NCBI RefSeq assembly: GCF_000315625.1
Contig: NW_005434465.1
Coordinates: forward strand, 11,480-75,479
DNA from: Guillardia theta CCMP2712
Lineage: Eukaryota > Protista > Cryptophyta
Length of the DNA: 64,000 bases
Direction of reading: 5' to 3'
Positions 12,626-24,329 of this stretch are shown here, piece by piece; positions within the stretch are counted from its first letter, which is position 1; every line of letters begins with the position of its first letter. The notes under the pieces were generated by a model. The model saw nothing but the letters and a program-made list of their open reading frames with translations. It was not told where the DNA came from and ran no database searches. The position numbers were made by a program, and so were the translations under genes.

Positions 12626-15600
12626 ATGCAGGGAACCGTTGTGGCGTCAGTGCTCAAGAAGCGAGGAGAGAAGAATGTGAGGAAAGTGGAAGAGGAGGAG
12701 ATAGAGAAGTTGATCAAACATCCGGTTGATACGTTGGTACATGACGTCAACGAGGTGGAGGGAGTCCTCAGGGACACAGAGTTACAGAAGCTCTTCGGGC
12801 TAAGGAGCAGAACCGATCCTGTAGTTCGCAGGGAGATTCAGATTGACGGGCTCCTGACCAAAGTACGCGAGAAGCTATCTCGTTCCTCCTCCTACGTGCG
12901 GCTATTCGGAACGTCAATCTTCTTCCTCGTCTACGTCTCCTTCCTCTTCATGCAGCGAGACATCGAGTCGTCCTACTATGTGGAAAGCTCTGTCATCGAC
13001 CTTGTGGGGAGCAACCTGCCCATGCTGGGCAACGGAGGATACATGAACTCAGGTCTGGGTTCGACTGGATTTCTGAGCACATCAGAAGATTTCTACTCCT
13101 GGTAGGCGACCATGTGCTCGTCCTTACTCACGGACATTTCAGGTTCCGCGGGATCGCTCAAGTGGTCTTCAGCGATCCTGTGTGTGGGGACGGGACATGT
13201 GATGGGCCGGACGAGTATCCGGGCTTCGGGAGGTTCGGATGTATCAAAGACTGCGGCAAGTACAAGAACGTCACAAGTCTCACCATCACGCTAGAGGACG
13301 TTGTGAAGCGAAGTAGCAGCGAGCTTGGTATCTCTCTCAAGGACTCGGAGCTCGAGGCGGACGCGTCGAGGGTGCGATTCTTCTACAACATCTACAGCGA
13401 GACCATGGGAGACTTTCTCTTGGAGAGCGACACCAACGCTACTCAGCTGACGTTCGAGGCTCCAGACGGAGAGCTCACGCTCGTCCTCTACCAAGAATCT
13501 TCTGTAGAGGAGCTGGTGGAGAATCAAGCTGTGACTTCGCTGTATGGAATTACGCAGAGGTAGCGATATTCGTGTATGCTGAGCGAGCTGAGAAAGTTTT
13601 ACAGCTCCTTCTCACGTCTACCAACGCGCAAGACCGCGATCGAATACGGAAACTTGCGCGAGGTCATCAAGAACGCTGTGTACGGGGAGAACGCTATCAA
13701 GACTTTGTGTCGCTCGCCGCTGGAGGCTCAGGTTGCCTTCTGCGACACGTTCAACCCGCAAGGTACAGAGCATGGAGAGGGGCGGAGGGCTCTGAAGATC
13801 TGATGGGCAGACATGGGCTACCTTTTCACCTCCAAGTACGGGGTCAGCGGCAGGATCGACCTCAAGGACTCAGTGACTGGTGTGTTGGAGACTATAGTGA
13901 AGGTATGCTTTCGGCTAGGTCTTCCTATAGTAAATCTCGCACAGGTGGGTTACTGCAGCATTCTGCCCAATGTCAGCGGAAGCCCGTATGCACAGGCCAA
14001 CAAGGCAACAATCGTTCGGTCAGGGTCCAGCTGCGACGGGTCTTCCGGGACCCGACGCTCTCGAGAACGCGAGGCTACTCCAAGGAGGCAGCTGCTACAA
14101 GCTGCTACTCCCATCATGCCAGCCTGGCAAGACGAACTGGACGTAGGTCCAGCTGAACCCCAACATCGACTTGCATCTTCTTCCTTGCACACAAGCGCTC
14201 AGCGTGAGGATGTACGGAACAGCCGGGAATCTGCTGGGAACACGCACGGATGGCTACCGTCGAGGGCTAACAAGCAGTCACTGAGAGCTGTGTCAAACTG
14301 CCCTAACACGGGTCAAATTCTTACAAGCGCCGCTGGCTTCTTGACGTCGGGCTACACCACCTACAGTTACAACACTGACTGCTCTTGGACCATCGCGTCT
14401 CCGAGCAACAGCAGCGTGACTTTGACATTTCAACGGTTCGACGTGCAATATCATAGCTCATGCAAGTACGACAAGGTGTATATCTACTCCTGTACAAGTG
14501 TGAGCTGCTCGCCGTCAGCCTTGCTCGCGACCTTGTGCGGGAGCTTGGATCAGATCAATCCTCAAGTCACGTCCCCCACGGGCATCATGAAGGTGTCCTT
14601 CAAGTCGGACAGTAGTGTCAACAACCAAGGCTTCTGTGCCACGTGGGGTACCGGTTCTGCTTGCCCTGTGAACCCTGATACCCCCGTGTTGAGGAGAGTG
14701 CTACATATCCTGAGACCTTTGCACAATGAGGGCCTGTACGGGGTTGCCATGGCAGAGGTCGAGGTAACGAGTCCTTCCAACTCCACCTACATGCGTTATG
14801 CTCTTTCAACCGACGCTCAGCCGACTCCTACTTGTGACTGCACCGACTGGCGAGATTCTGCTACCTGCCCCAATACTGTCAGGAGCGGCTCTAAGATCCT
14901 GCTCTACTACGAGGGCGCGACCTCTCGGAAATACTTTCGGGTCAGAGTGATTGCATGCAACCAGTACCCTGAGGTTACACTGTCCAGCCCTAGCTACATC
15001 TACTACGCTACCTACTTCCTAGGACCTCCAGCTGTCAGCTTGTCTTTCCTTGTCAACATGCCAGCACCCCCAGCTGACAGCACAACTGACCCCATGGACG
15101 GCATGCCGTCGCCTGCCAACTCCTCTACCAACCCCGGCAACAGCTCGTCGGTTTTGAGCTCTGTGTGTGGAAACATCTCTGTCGATGAGGTTTGGAGGAA
15201 GATAGTCGAGGACATTCTCAACCAGACTCTAGCTCTCCCCCAGCAGGCGACCTTCAATGTGACGTACCAAGACTCCTCCGTTAACCTGTCGAGTGTGGTG
15301 TTTGCGACTTCGAACGTCCATGTGGCAACCATCGTCAACCTTCTGCTTGATCATCGGCAGAGGATGCAGGAGGCGCTTGGTCGCGCTTGTCCCCTCCTCA
15401 ACATTCAGCAAGAGATGGCGATCCGTACCAGCTGGCTCTTCAACAAGGGCGCGCGAGGTGAGAAACAGGAATTTGGTCTTGTCAGCCATTGACAGCTGAG
15501 CTGCAGGTGGTGCATGTCAAGCTCACTACGACTGCGATGACGGACTGTTCTGCGTAAAACCAAGCTCGTCAAGCTCAGAGGAGTTGGGAACCTGCGACAT

Positions 15601-18600
15601 CTGCAGCTTCTGCAAGGTTGACGCCAGAGACGCCATCGACAACAGATGTCCCTTCCTCATGTGTCCAACCTCAGGCAACTTCCCCGCCTGCAGCAACGCG
15701 GAGCGGTTCACAGCGAGCGCCACGTGCCCGAGCGACTACAAGTTCAGCGTGTGGGAGTACCGCAATGCGAGCGAGGGCCCGCCTAAGATCGTTCCTCCCT
15801 TCGAGCCCAAGAACCGTGAGATTACTCCCTACAACAGGATCGTCGGCGCCATCGTGATCTCACAGAGAAGGATGAAACCGACGTCCTGCGCTCAGAGCGT
15901 GAACAAGCATGTTCAAAGCTTCATGAAGTCAGTAGAGGGCGTCGTTACCTGCCCTTCCTCTACCCTCGATGACACACCCTTCGGGTACGATCCGTCCTTC
16001 ATGTCCTTCAGCAGCATGTACAACCCGAAGCTCTTCCCCGAGAAGTTCTACGCGCCCCTTGAGAGACACGTGATCGTGTCACAAGGAGAGACAGACCTCT
16101 CGTTCCCCATCGGCTTCTACCCGCACAAGTACGACACCAACTTCTTCGATACGAACATGGACGGCTTCATCTCTGAGGAGGAGGCGTCCATCAACGCCAC
16201 CAGCTTCAAGGTAGCCTACAAGGACCGCAAGCTCATCATGCCGTCTGAGGCGGACACCTTCAAGCTCTACTTCGACGAGCGACTGACGCAGATGCTGGCG
16301 CAGAGCATGATTCAGTTCGCAGAGGACGGGTCCTTCATAGACTCGCAGACGGAGGAAGTACAGGTACAGTTCCTGACCTACAACGCTCCTAAGAACATCT
16401 TTGCCCTGCACGAGTTCATTTTCACCTGGCAGAAGACAGGAAGGATCCCCTGGGACTACAAGGTCAACTCCTTCTCCGTTGACTTCTTCGCGGGGCCCAA
16501 GGCCGTGATGCAGATCTTCTTGTTCGTCCTCGTCGTCGGGTTTCTCCTCATCAACAGCTACATGGAGGTCACAGAGCTGCTCGGCGAGATCCGCAAGTAC
16601 AACCTGACAGGTTACCTATCGCATCCTTTCAACTGGATCGACTGGACGCACTTCGCCTTCATGTGGGGGACTATCATCACCTGCCTCCTCCACTACTTCG
16701 ACTGCCGCCAGTTCTACATGAAGTCCAACTACCCTGTGCTCTTCTACGGGCCCCAGTACGGCTCGACAGGGCAGCGCAAGGGGATCACAACTGTGCAGAC
16801 AGGAACGGGTTTCCAAATTCCTCTGCTCAAGTCAGGGAACGCCAAGGCAAGGCACTTCCGAACAGATAACCAGGCAGAGATGGACCTGCTGCTGCTGCTG
16901 GAGCAGGCGAGGACGGTCTCGGGGTCGATGAACCTCTACTCCTTCTTCGCGGGAGTCAGCGTCGTGCTCTTCGTGCTGCGCATGCTCAAGTCTCTTGACT
17001 TCCAAGAGCGCATGGGCCTCGTGACTCGCACCATCGCACGCGCGTCCAGCGACCTCTGGCACTTCATGCTGCTGTTTGCTGTCGTGTTCTATGGCTACTC
17101 CGTGGTGGGACACATGCTGTTTGGTCATCAGTACGAGGTGAGAACGAGGAGCGATGAGGGAGGAGGGAGGAAGCGGAAGAAAGAGGAGGAGGTGGTAAGA
17201 GGAGGAAGACAGAGGAAGGAGAAGGCGGCGGGAGGAGGAGGAAGGTGGAGGCGGGAGGAAGAGGAAGAGGGAGGAGCAGCAGGGTAGAGGGGAAGAGGAG
17301 GAAGGAGCTGACAAGGTATGATGTGACAGGGCATGAAGGACATGTCGACGGCTTCTCTGACGCTCCTCATCTTCCTGCTCAGTCTCGACACGACTCAGTT
17401 CTACGCGTCGGTGAGCGAGCAGAGGAGGCGCGGGCTGATGCTGACATGCAGCCTTAGATGTCACACGCAGCTCCTGACGGTGCGTTTCACATCTTTCTGT
17501 GGTCTTATCTGTTCATCGCTTTCTTCATCCTGCTCAATGTCTTCCTCGCCATCTTGGTGGACGCGTACGCCAAGGTCAAGGAGGAGACGGAGGGCACGAC
17601 TGGGCTGGTGGAGGACCTGCTGGAGACTCTCTGGCATGGGCTGAGGAAGGCGATAAGGATGCAGCAGTTCGTGTCGAACCAGAAGCTGGAAGAGGCGCTT
17701 GTGAAGGAGCGCGAGACGTTGACGTCCAAGGAGAGCCAGCGTCGCATCCTTGAGCGGGACCTTGAGGAGGAGAGGCTGGTTCTGCTTCCCGGAGGCGTCT
17801 CGCTCGACACTCAGGACCTTGCTACGATCGCTCGACGAGCGTTGGAGATGGAGAGAGACAAAGTTCATCCGGAGGAGGAAGAAGACAGGGAGCGGGATGA
17901 CCCGATGTTCAACGAGGACGAGATCGTGGCGTCTGCTGATCTGATGAACCGCTACGGCATGGAGCCATCGGAGATCTCGGAGAGGAGGAAGAGCGAGCTG
18001 CTGGAGCTTCATGATCTTGAGGGCATCCGACGGCAGATCGGGACGCAGATCGGACAAGTCAAACTTCTGGGCAGCCAGCAGCGAGTCCTCGATCTCTTGA
18101 CAAGCATAGGGAAGGAAATCGCCCCATCAGCCATCGCTGCTGCCATGGCGCAGCAGAAGGAGCAAGAGCAAGATATTCACACGGCAGCAGCTCCGACGTT
18201 GGTGAAGCTTTTGAGGGTAACGCTGGTACGAGCAACTAACTTGCCGAGGATGGACCTGATCTCGGGCTGTGACCCCTACTGCGTGCTCTTCGTGAACGCG
18301 TGCTCGGGTCTGTCAACGTTTGCATCGGAGGTGCTGCACAAGAACGTGAACCCCGAGTGGGAGCAGGAGTTCGAGTGGAGGATGACGAGTCAGACCAAGG
18401 TGCTCAGCGTCACCCTGTGGGACAAGGACGATGTAAGCGCCTGCCGGACACCTGCTGGAGCTGGCTGATTCATCTGACGGGTTTACCTTCTCAGGTGACG
18501 AGCGACGATCTGGTGGGGTCAGTGCAAGTGGACCTGCAGCAGCTGCCGGACGGCGAAGAGGAGGAGTTAACGCTGCCGCTGCACAACCACAAACTCTTCA

Positions 18601-18833
18601 AGAAGCTGCGCGAGACCCGCCTCGTGCTGAGAGTCCACAAGCTGATCGAGACAGAGTCGATGAAGGTAGGTCGAGCAAGTGACTTGTGCTGGTGCCTTAC
18701 GCCGGACTAGATGACAGTGAAGATGCCCGAGAGGCAGGCAAACGAGGAAAAGGAAGAAAACGAGGAGCTGGAAGAACTGGAGGAGCTCAGTGCTGGAAGA
18801 TGGAGCCAACGTAGAGTTAAGATGAGTTCCTAA
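12626..18833 (+). CDS. Polycystin/TRPP(PKD2)-like cation channel with Cys-rich, CUB, EF-hand-like and C-terminal C2 domains, multi-exon
   Basis: S1 LFGTSIFFLVYVSFLFMQR; CGDGTCDGPDE; CUB (YSYNTDCSWTI..FDVQYHSSCKYDKVYI..LCG..FKSDSSVNNQGF); TOP-like NRIVGAIVISQRR and FIDSQTEEVQVQFLTYN; channel FNWID, RMLKSLDFQERMGLVTRTI, GHMLFG, LLNVFLAILVDAY; C2 LRVTLVRATNLPRMD..DPYC..NPEWEQEF..WDKDD..DDLVG; stop TAA 18831-18833. Confidence 0.88.
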
Positions 18834-19072
18834 ATGATTCAAATAACAACGCGAGTGATGCGCAGCAGTTCCTTCAAGAAACCAACAGTATCTACAATAA
18901 GTAAACCTAGCACGTGAAATCTATTCTCCTTATATATAGTGGAATTGGTTAACTATGGAATCTGCCTCAGACACCTATTGTCTAATTACAGTCAGCACTC
19001 AATCAATCCTCTCATTCGCTCCCACTAGCACAACAATTGAGAATCTTTTTCACATTGTCTTCGCTGCAAATA

Positions 19073-19432
19073 TCATCGAATCGACACATCAAAATCTCGA
19101 GTCATCTTCTTCATTTCATCCGTTTTAAATTCACGGGTACTCAACCACGACGTATCCCTTCCACTTGACCAAATATGATTACCTTTTCCACGACGTGCTA
19201 AAATTCGTTCAACTTTGTAATGATCTCTGTCTTGTTGAATCAATGGCAATGGTGGTGCCACTGAATTTTCCACATCAACGTCACGAACATGATACAATCT
19301 GAGCTTCGACACATTGAAAACTGTTTTCTTCAAATGCTGAAACCTTGCTGTAAACTCCAATCGAACTGAACTATCCGAAACTTTCTCACGTATCTTGAAA
19401 GGACCTATGAAACGAAGCTGCATCTTCGCCAC
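19073..19432 (-). mobile_element. Chromovirus (Ty3/Gypsy) integrase C-terminus with GPF motif and chromodomain remnant
   Basis: RFIGPFKI..VFNVSKLR..YKVERILARR. Confidence 0.8.
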
Positions 19433-19439
19433 TGTTTCT

Positions 19440-22400
19440 GGTTCGCGTCTGGGTGCCAGCAGTGCTGGTTCTTTTCGGGCTTGTGTTTTGTGTGTGATTG
19501 TGCAGCTTCTCGCTGTGGACTGTGTGCCAGGAGGTTCAGCTTGTTCCTGCTTTGTTTTGCTTGAGGCACTTTTTACCTTCTGCCAGTAAATCCTATACTC
19601 TCTCTGGTAACTTCAAATTTCATCTCTTACCTGCTAAGGGAGTTTCATTTCGGACGTCCCCATCCTCCTGAATTCTGCTTTGCTGCTTGTTGCTTGATTG
19701 CTTGACCCTTAGGCTGCTTGTCTGCGCGGCTTCGCGCTTGGGCTGGCGATGCCGCGTCTGGGTGCCAGCAGTGCTGGTTCTTTTCGGGCTTGTGTTTTGT
19801 GTGTGTTTGTGCAGCTTCTCGCTGTGGACTGTGTGCCAGGAGGTTCAGCTTGTTCCTGCTTTGTTTTGCTTGAGGCACTTTTTACCTTCTGCCAGTAAAT
19901 CCTATGTGCTGCTTTAGGCACTTTGTACCTTCTGCGAGTAAAACTTCATTGCGCTCCTGCTACATGTTCAACCTCCTCCAGACACATGCTTGTCTGCCTT
20001 TCGCGCGTGGGCTGGCGAAAAAGATACGGATTTACTGGCAGAAGGTAAAAAGTGCCGGTGCCGAAGCCGGGTCTGCTGACAGTTGCCAGTCGTGCTGGTT
20101 ACTTTTGGTCTTGTTTTGTTGTGTGTGCTTTGTTTTGCTTGAGGCACTTTTTACCTTCTGCCAGTAAATCCTATACCGTGTGTGTTTGTGCAGCTTCTCG
20201 CTGTGCGCTATGTGCCTTAGGGCCTGCAGGTTTAGCTTGTTGCTGCTTTGTTTTGCTTGAGGCACTTTTTTCTCCGTTTCTCCCGCGGGTCCAGTCACAG
20301 ATTCGCCGCTTTGACCTCTCTGTCCACCTGGCGCTTGAGAAATACCACCGCTGGCCTTCCTCGCAGTACCTCTCTGCTACCGCTGACTCGGAGGCTAGCG
20401 AGGAGGACTACCTTTGTGCAGCTTCTCGCTGTGGACTGTGTGCCTGCCGGTTCAGCTTGTTCCTGCTTTGTTTTGCTTGAGGCACTTTTTACCTTCTGCC
20501 AGTCAATCCTATGTCAACCTCGAGCGGTACCGTGCTCCTGTGTCCAGCCTCCCTCCGTCCGCTGCTCCAGGCGGACCCCCGGGCAACGCCGGCTCCTTGT
20601 CGGCGGCTGCCCTTTCTCCGTCCGCGGCCGCCAGCTTTGTGGCGGCAGCGGACGTCTCGAATCCTATATCCGACTGACAGTGGTCAGTCGGCTGCCTCCG
20701 GGTATCGCGTCTAAGGGATTTTCTTCCTCCTGCATGCTCCTGCAACTTGTTGCTTGATCGCTTGACCCTTAGGACTACCTCGAGCGGTACCGTGTTCCTG
20801 TGTCCAGCCTCCCTCCGTCCGCTGCCCCAGGCGGACCCCCGGGCAACGCCGGCTCCTTGTCAGCGGCTGCCCTTTCTCCGTAGTATAGGATTTACTGGCA
20901 GAAGGTAAAACAAAGCAGGAACAAGCTGAACCTCCTGGCACACAGCCCACAGCGAGAAGCTGCACTATCACACACAAAACACAAGCCCGAAAAGAACCAA
21001 CACTGCTGGCACCCAGACGCGGCATCGAGCNNNNNNNNNNNNNNNNNNNNNNNNNNNNNNNNNNNNNNNNNNNNNNNNNNNNNNNNNNNNNNNNNNNNNN
21101 NNNNNNNNNNNNNNNNNNNNNNNNNNNNNNNNNNNNNNNNNNNNNNNNNNNNNNNNNNNNNNNNNNNNNNNNNNNNNNNNNNNNNNNNNNNNNNNNNNNN
21201 NNNNNNGCAGGAGGAATAAAATCCCTTATGCCAGTAAATCCTCGAATGATCCTTAGACNNNNNNNNNNNNNNNNNNNNNNNNNNNNNNNNNNNNNNNNNN
21301 NNNNNNNNNNNNNNNNNNNNNNNNNNNNNNNNNNNNNNNNNNNNNNNNNNNNNNNNNNAGGCAGCCGACTGACCACTGTCAGTCGAGACGTCCGCTGCCG
21401 CCACAAAGCGGGCGGCCGCGGACGGAGAAAGGGCAGCCGCCGACAAGGAGCCGGCGTTGCCCGGGGGTCCGCCAGGGGCAAGAGTTGTCCAACCTCGGAG
21501 CCAGACGGCCCCTCAGCCAGCCGGTAGCGAAGGTTGGTTTCGATCCAACGACCTCGAGGTTATGAGCCTCGCACGCTGGGTGCCAGCAGTGCTGGTTCTT
21601 TTCGGGCTTGTGTTTTGTGTGTGATTGTGCAGCTTCTCGCTGTGCGCTGTGTGCCTGGAGGTTCAGCTTGTTCCTGCTTTGTTTTGCTTGAGGCACTTTT
21701 TACCTTCTGCCAGTAAATCCATTAGATCCTTCTGCCAGTAAATCCATTCACTGTGAAAAGATGGATTTACTGGCAGAAGGTAAAAAGTGCCTCAAGCAAA
21801 ACAAACAGTGAGGGCGTCGCTCCACTCTGTGTAGTAGAGTTTTACGCATAAGGTAAAAAGTTTACCTTCTGCCAGTAAATCCATCTTCAAGTCCTCCTCG
21901 CTAGCCTCCGAGTCAGCGGTAGCCGAGACCAACACCGCCCGTGACGGCGGCGACGCCGCGGCAATGCCCAAGGACCGGCGTGACCCGACCGATGCCGGGG
22001 AGGAAGCAGGCGAGCTCGGACCAGCAGCAAGCACCCCAGTTGTGTCGAGCTCTCCGGAGGCACCCGACGTCACAGTGAGGGCCGAAGGGACGGAGACGCC
22101 TCGCCAGCTCCGCGCCGGTCGTCGGCTCCACTCTGGATGTTTCCCCCATCGGAGTTGGAGACCTCCGGCGAAGTTTCCTCCTCGGGCGAATCGACAAAGT
22201 CCGAGGAGGAGCTGTCCTCTGGCTCGAGAAGTGCTTGCGCCTGCAAGGGCGTCATGCGCCTCGCACCAGACAAGAGCGCCTCCAGCGTCAGCTGCATAGT
22301 GAGGCGCTGATAGGTGGCGTACCGTTTGCGAGCCAAGACCTCAGCAGCAGGGCCGTCATCAGGCACGAAGTGCCGACCAAACGCCGCATCCTCAAGAGGC

Positions 22401-22960
22401 ATCGAGCGCTGAGCAATGATGTCCTCCGATACCAGATGAAGCGGAGGGTGTCAGGAGGCACAATGGATTTACTGGCAGAAGGTACAAAGTGCCTCAAGCA
22501 AAATTTCATCTAGGATTTACTGGCAGAAGGTAAAAAGTGCCTCAAGCAAAACAAAGCAGGAACAAGCTGAACCTCCTGGCACACAGTCCACAGCGAGAAG
22601 CTGCACAATCACACACAAAACACAAGCCCGAAAAGAACCAGCACTGCTGGCACCCAGACGCGGCAGCGCCAGCCCAAGCGCGAAGCCGCGCAGACAAGCA
22701 GCCGAAGGGTCAGGCAATCAAGCAACAAGCTGCAGGAGCATGCAGGAGGAAGAAAATCCCTTAGACGCGATACCCGGAGGCAGCCGACTGACCACTGTCA
22801 GTCGAGACGTCCGCTGCCGCCACAAAGCGGGCGGCCGCGGACGGAGAAAGGGCAGCCGCCGACAAGGAGCCGGCGTTGCCCGGGGGTCCGCCTGGTACAG
22901 CGGACGGAGGGAGGCTGGACACAGGAACACGATACCGCTCGAGGTAGTCCTCCTCGCTAG
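19440..22960. repeat. Nest of truncated copies, in both orientations, of one element end (..cttctgccagtaaatcc) mixed with ORF fragments
   Basis: About 13 copies of the terminus, ending at ~19593, 19902, 20028(rc), 20171, 20509, 20889(rc), 21241, 21720, 21745, 21763(rc), 21882, 22465(rc) and 22513(rc); two N-gaps inside. Confidence 0.9.
21525..21577 (-). tRNA. 5'-truncated initiator tRNA-Met (CAT) fragment, pseudogene
   Basis: Reverse complement AGCGTG-CGAGG-CTCATAA-CCTCG-AGGTC-GTTGG-ATCGAAA-CCAAC-CTTCGCT-A: perfect anticodon and T stems, initiator-type ATCGAAA T-loop; the first ~19 nt are replaced by element sequence. Confidence 0.88.
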
Positions 22961-24320
22961 CCTCAAATGTGTGGTTCTGTACGGTACGTTGCGAATCTTC
23001 TCAGACGCTGTAACATGGAGGGCGTCGAGGTTGACCTCCCCCCACTTGGTCAGGTCGGCAGAGCTACCAATGTAAGGGTGGACCAACGTCACGTCCGCCA
23101 TCAAGCCCTCGTACTGCTCAGACCCTCGATCGCGGATTCCAGGGATGTGGATATCGCCCTTCATCTTGCGGCCATGGGAGGGCACCTGCCGAGCGAGTAT
23201 GTCCTGCGGCTGTGCAAGGTGAGGATATCACGCTGCTGATCGGTCAGCGCAGCGCGAGCATGCACATGGCGAGGGAAGACGCGCATGACAAGAGGAGTCA
23301 CATCGCGCTGCGCAGGGGGAGGAATGAAGTGCTCATGAGACGAGTCGACGAGAGCGCGCAAACCAGGGATGTGTACCACAGATGCCGGGGGGCGTCCTGC
23401 GTCATCAGGCATAGCAGCCGGGGCAGGTGGGATCGCCGCGCCATCTGCAGCCGGTGCAGGAGCCTTCACACGACGGTAGAGGATCGCTCCAGCATTATGA
23501 ACGAAGTCGTGCGCCTCAACGAAGAAGGTCGCCAGAGGATGCTTCTGGGCACGGAGAGATCTCGAGCAGTGAATGTCCAGGCTATGAGGAGAGAGCAGCG
23601 TCCGTGACATTGGCTGGTCAGAGTACCACGCGAGGAATCGAGCGATAGCCGTATAGTAAAACTCTAGCAGGTCGGGGTGCGAGGTACTGCGAGTTTGGCC
23701 TGGCCAGCGGTGGTATTTCTCAAGCGCCAGGTGGACAGAGAGGTCAAAGCGACGAATCTGTGATTGGACCCGCGGGAGAAACGGAGATGACCCCTGGAGA
23801 TGGGAGTCGCCCTCACCAGACGGTCTTGAACATGAAGCCATGCTGGACGAGCCCGAGCTTCGAGAGCTCTTCGTTGAGGCTGGAGACCTTCGCTCGGAGC
23901 TGACTAGCATGAATTCCATCCGTGCCGATGGGAAGGCCCCCAAGTGTACTACACTGACAGGCTGGGCTGTAATCCCCGCCAGTGACGACCTCGAAGTGAA
24001 GAAGCTGAGTCTTGAGACGGCGCTTCTGAGCGGCTCTTCAAGGCTTCAGCTGCGAGAGATTTTGGGTGTTGGTGACAGGAGGGAATGTAAACTTTCGACT
24101 CGCGAGGTTGAACTTCGGCGCAAGCTGCAAATCGGCCAACATGTACCGTACTGCTTCATAGCCGCGGACTGTAGCTGCAACAGCATCCTGAGTCGAGTCA
24201 CTGAGTGCCGGGCCCAACACTGACGAGCATCGGACGTTGTCAGCGTAGGCCAAGACTCGAACAGCGCCTGAGGGAAAAGCTCCGGGAGTCCGCGATATGG
24301 ATGAGCACTGAGGGGTCACG
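21890..24320 (-). mobile_element. CRE-like non-LTR retrotransposon (RT + restriction-like endonuclease), internally deleted and frameshifted
   Basis: VLAYADNV (RT YADD-type), frameshifted LG-PIGTD, KGDIHIPG..ADVTLVHP..EKIRNVPY (RLE-type), Ser/Ala-rich C-terminus ending ..SGYRV*, then a 3' region ending at gccagtaaatcc. Confidence 0.72.
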
Positions 24321-24329
24321 GTGGATCAG

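Noticed and set aside
18860-19070. Solo LTR of the chromovirus remnant
   Set aside because: No second copy or clear TG..CA ends with target duplication visible
19440-22960. CRISPR-like array or DGR
   Set aside because: Repeats occur in both orientations, spacing is irregular, the intervening pieces are repetitive, there are no cas genes, and the context is eukaryotic
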